Source of the DNA: Chiloscyllium plagiosum
Taxonomy: Eukaryota
Direction: 5' to 3'
DNA: 64,000 nucleotides
Assembly (NCBI RefSeq): GCF_004010195.1
Contig: NC_057719.1
Location: 17,532,165-17,596,164, forward strand
Every line of letters begins with the position of its first letter. Position 1 is the first letter of the stretch. Under the pieces are notes generated by a model. It searched no databases. It saw only the letters and a list, made by a program, of their open reading frames with translations, and was not told where the DNA came from. Positions 63,880 through 64,000 of this stretch are shown piece after piece. Position numbers and translations under genes: made by a program.

Positions 63880-64000
63880 CTAACTTGTTCAACTTCAAAT
63901 TATGTTTTCTTTTCATGGGGAACAAAGCAGTAACAAATAAAATCAGGAGTCCTAAAGTGGATACTGAACATTTGAAACAAATCCAGAGAAGGCTAGAGAA

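Overview
Eukaryotic genomic DNA from a cartilaginous fish. I infer a shark (probably orectolobiform, e.g. bamboo shark) from HE1/V-SINEs, HER1-like CR1 LINEs, Deu-domain SINEs and a shark-type GPR139-like gene. The only credible host coding sequence is the terminal exon of a GPR139/GPR142-like class A GPCR (minus strand, 943-1853); I could not find its first exon. The rest is non-coding. It holds decayed transposons: about ten HE1 SINEs, many CR1 pieces, a Rex/Babar fragment, a probable solo LTR, PIF/Harbinger remnants with transposase and Myb/SANT genes, and at least three Penelope-like (PLE) families with minimal hammerhead-ribozyme motifs. Between them lie repeat-free AT-rich blocks that look like vertebrate conserved non-coding elements. 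Best second-look items: PLE hammerheads and short fold-back PLE derivatives with 16-18 bp target-site duplications, two apparent locally templated insertions, a STAT/HSE-motif minisatellite in the GPCR intron, and a cluster of AAAGGGTTAA motifs beside a CpG-retaining Z-DNA tract. I found no convincing evidence of a wholly new biological system. Repeat-family names come from motif recognition, not database searches, and repeat boundaries are approximate.
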